Assembly: GCA_964016885.1 (NCBI GenBank) | Contig: OZ024742.1 | Coordinates: 140,988,001-141,052,000, forward strand | DNA: 64,000 nucleotides | Direction of reading: 5' to 3' | Origin: Eledone cirrhosa | Taxonomy: Eukaryota | Shown: piece after piece, positions 63,185 to 64,000 of the stretch | Layout: each line of letters starts with the position of its first letter | Position numbering within the stretch: position 1 is the first letter of the stretch | Program-made: the position numbers and the translations under genes | The notes under the pieces: model-generated | Databases searched by the model: none | What the model was told of the DNA's origin: nothing | What the model saw: only the letters and a program-made list of their open reading frames with translations

Positions 63185-64000
63185 CTACTTATGGTAGAAG
63201 AGGTGATCAAAGATAAGAAAGAAGCAGGGAAAGACTAGCAAAGCAGGGGAAATTAGAAGAAAAGCTAGGTGCCAAGTTCAGTTAACAAGGAAGGAAGCAG
63301 AAAGTAAGAAGTTTGTTTTATGTCTGTCATGAGTATCATATGTGTAAGGTGTACAGGATTTCAAGACAGTGTGCAAGAGAAAATCAAGATGTAGTTAGGG
63401 AGAAATGCATTCATAACAATAGTGGTGCATTTACCCTGACCAATGCTGAAAAAAAGGATGCGTGGAAGTGTCATTACGAGAGACTGTTGAATGAGGAGAA
63501 TGCATGAGAGGAAGATGGTCTGACTCAAGCAAACCCAATAGAGGAACCAACCATCCAAGTTAGCAATAGTATGGTAAGTAAAGCAATTAAAGATATAGAA
63601 GACAAGCAAAGCATCCTAACTGCATGTATAGTAAACCAGGTAATACAGGATGGTGTTATATCTAATGACTGGTGTAATAGCTGTATCATCAACTGCTACA
63701 ATGGCAAAGGGGATACGCTAGGCAAAAGAAACTATAGAGGCATCAAGTTAATGGACCAGGTCATGAAAGTTAGTGAAAGAATTATAGCATAACTGAACAG
63801 GGATTGAATCAAGCTAGATGAGATGCAGTTAGGCTATGTGTCTGGTAAAGATGCCCTCATGATTGTGAGACAGCTGCAGAAGTATCCAGCTAAGAGTAAG
63901 CCCCTCTACTTAACATTCATTGACCAGGAGAAAGCATGTGGCAGAGTCCCTCATCCCATAATCTGGAGAGCTCAAAAGAAACTATGAGTAGATGAATGAC
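63185..64000 (+). mobile_element. Degenerate RTE LINE fragment running off the window
   Basis: [49 protein letters not shown]; several stops. Confidence 0.88.

Overview
AT-rich, repeat-dominated animal DNA. The SINE types, (GAT)n-tailed RTE LINEs and very long (TA)/(CA) microsatellites suggest a cephalopod such as Octopus (inference). No host protein-coding gene can be supported. All long ORFs are retroelement or transposon derived, or are microsatellite translation artefacts. The window contains at least three RTE LINE families (A, B, C; B is very young), with most copies packed into two (TA)n clusters (about 0.9-7.8 kb and 34-40.5 kb). Also present: tRNA-derived SINEs, CR1, Tx1, R4/Dong and Penelope-like fragments, a Chapaev3-like DNA transposon with both ends, piggyBac-type MITEs, and a CpG-rich promoter region near 58.3-59.7 kb. 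Two observations stand out. (1) An unannotated, heavily structured ~435-nt minus-strand RNA candidate (about 58727 to 58287) with a PSE+TATA Pol III type-3-like promoter, repeated distal elements and an oligo-T terminator. It matches no canonical ncRNA I recognise and carries a (TTAGGC)-template-like stretch. (2) A covarying two-hairpin RNA module that sits in the 5' UTR of one RTE family, has been added to the 3' end of two other RTE families, and is also built into a SINE. All structures were paired by eye and have not been computed.
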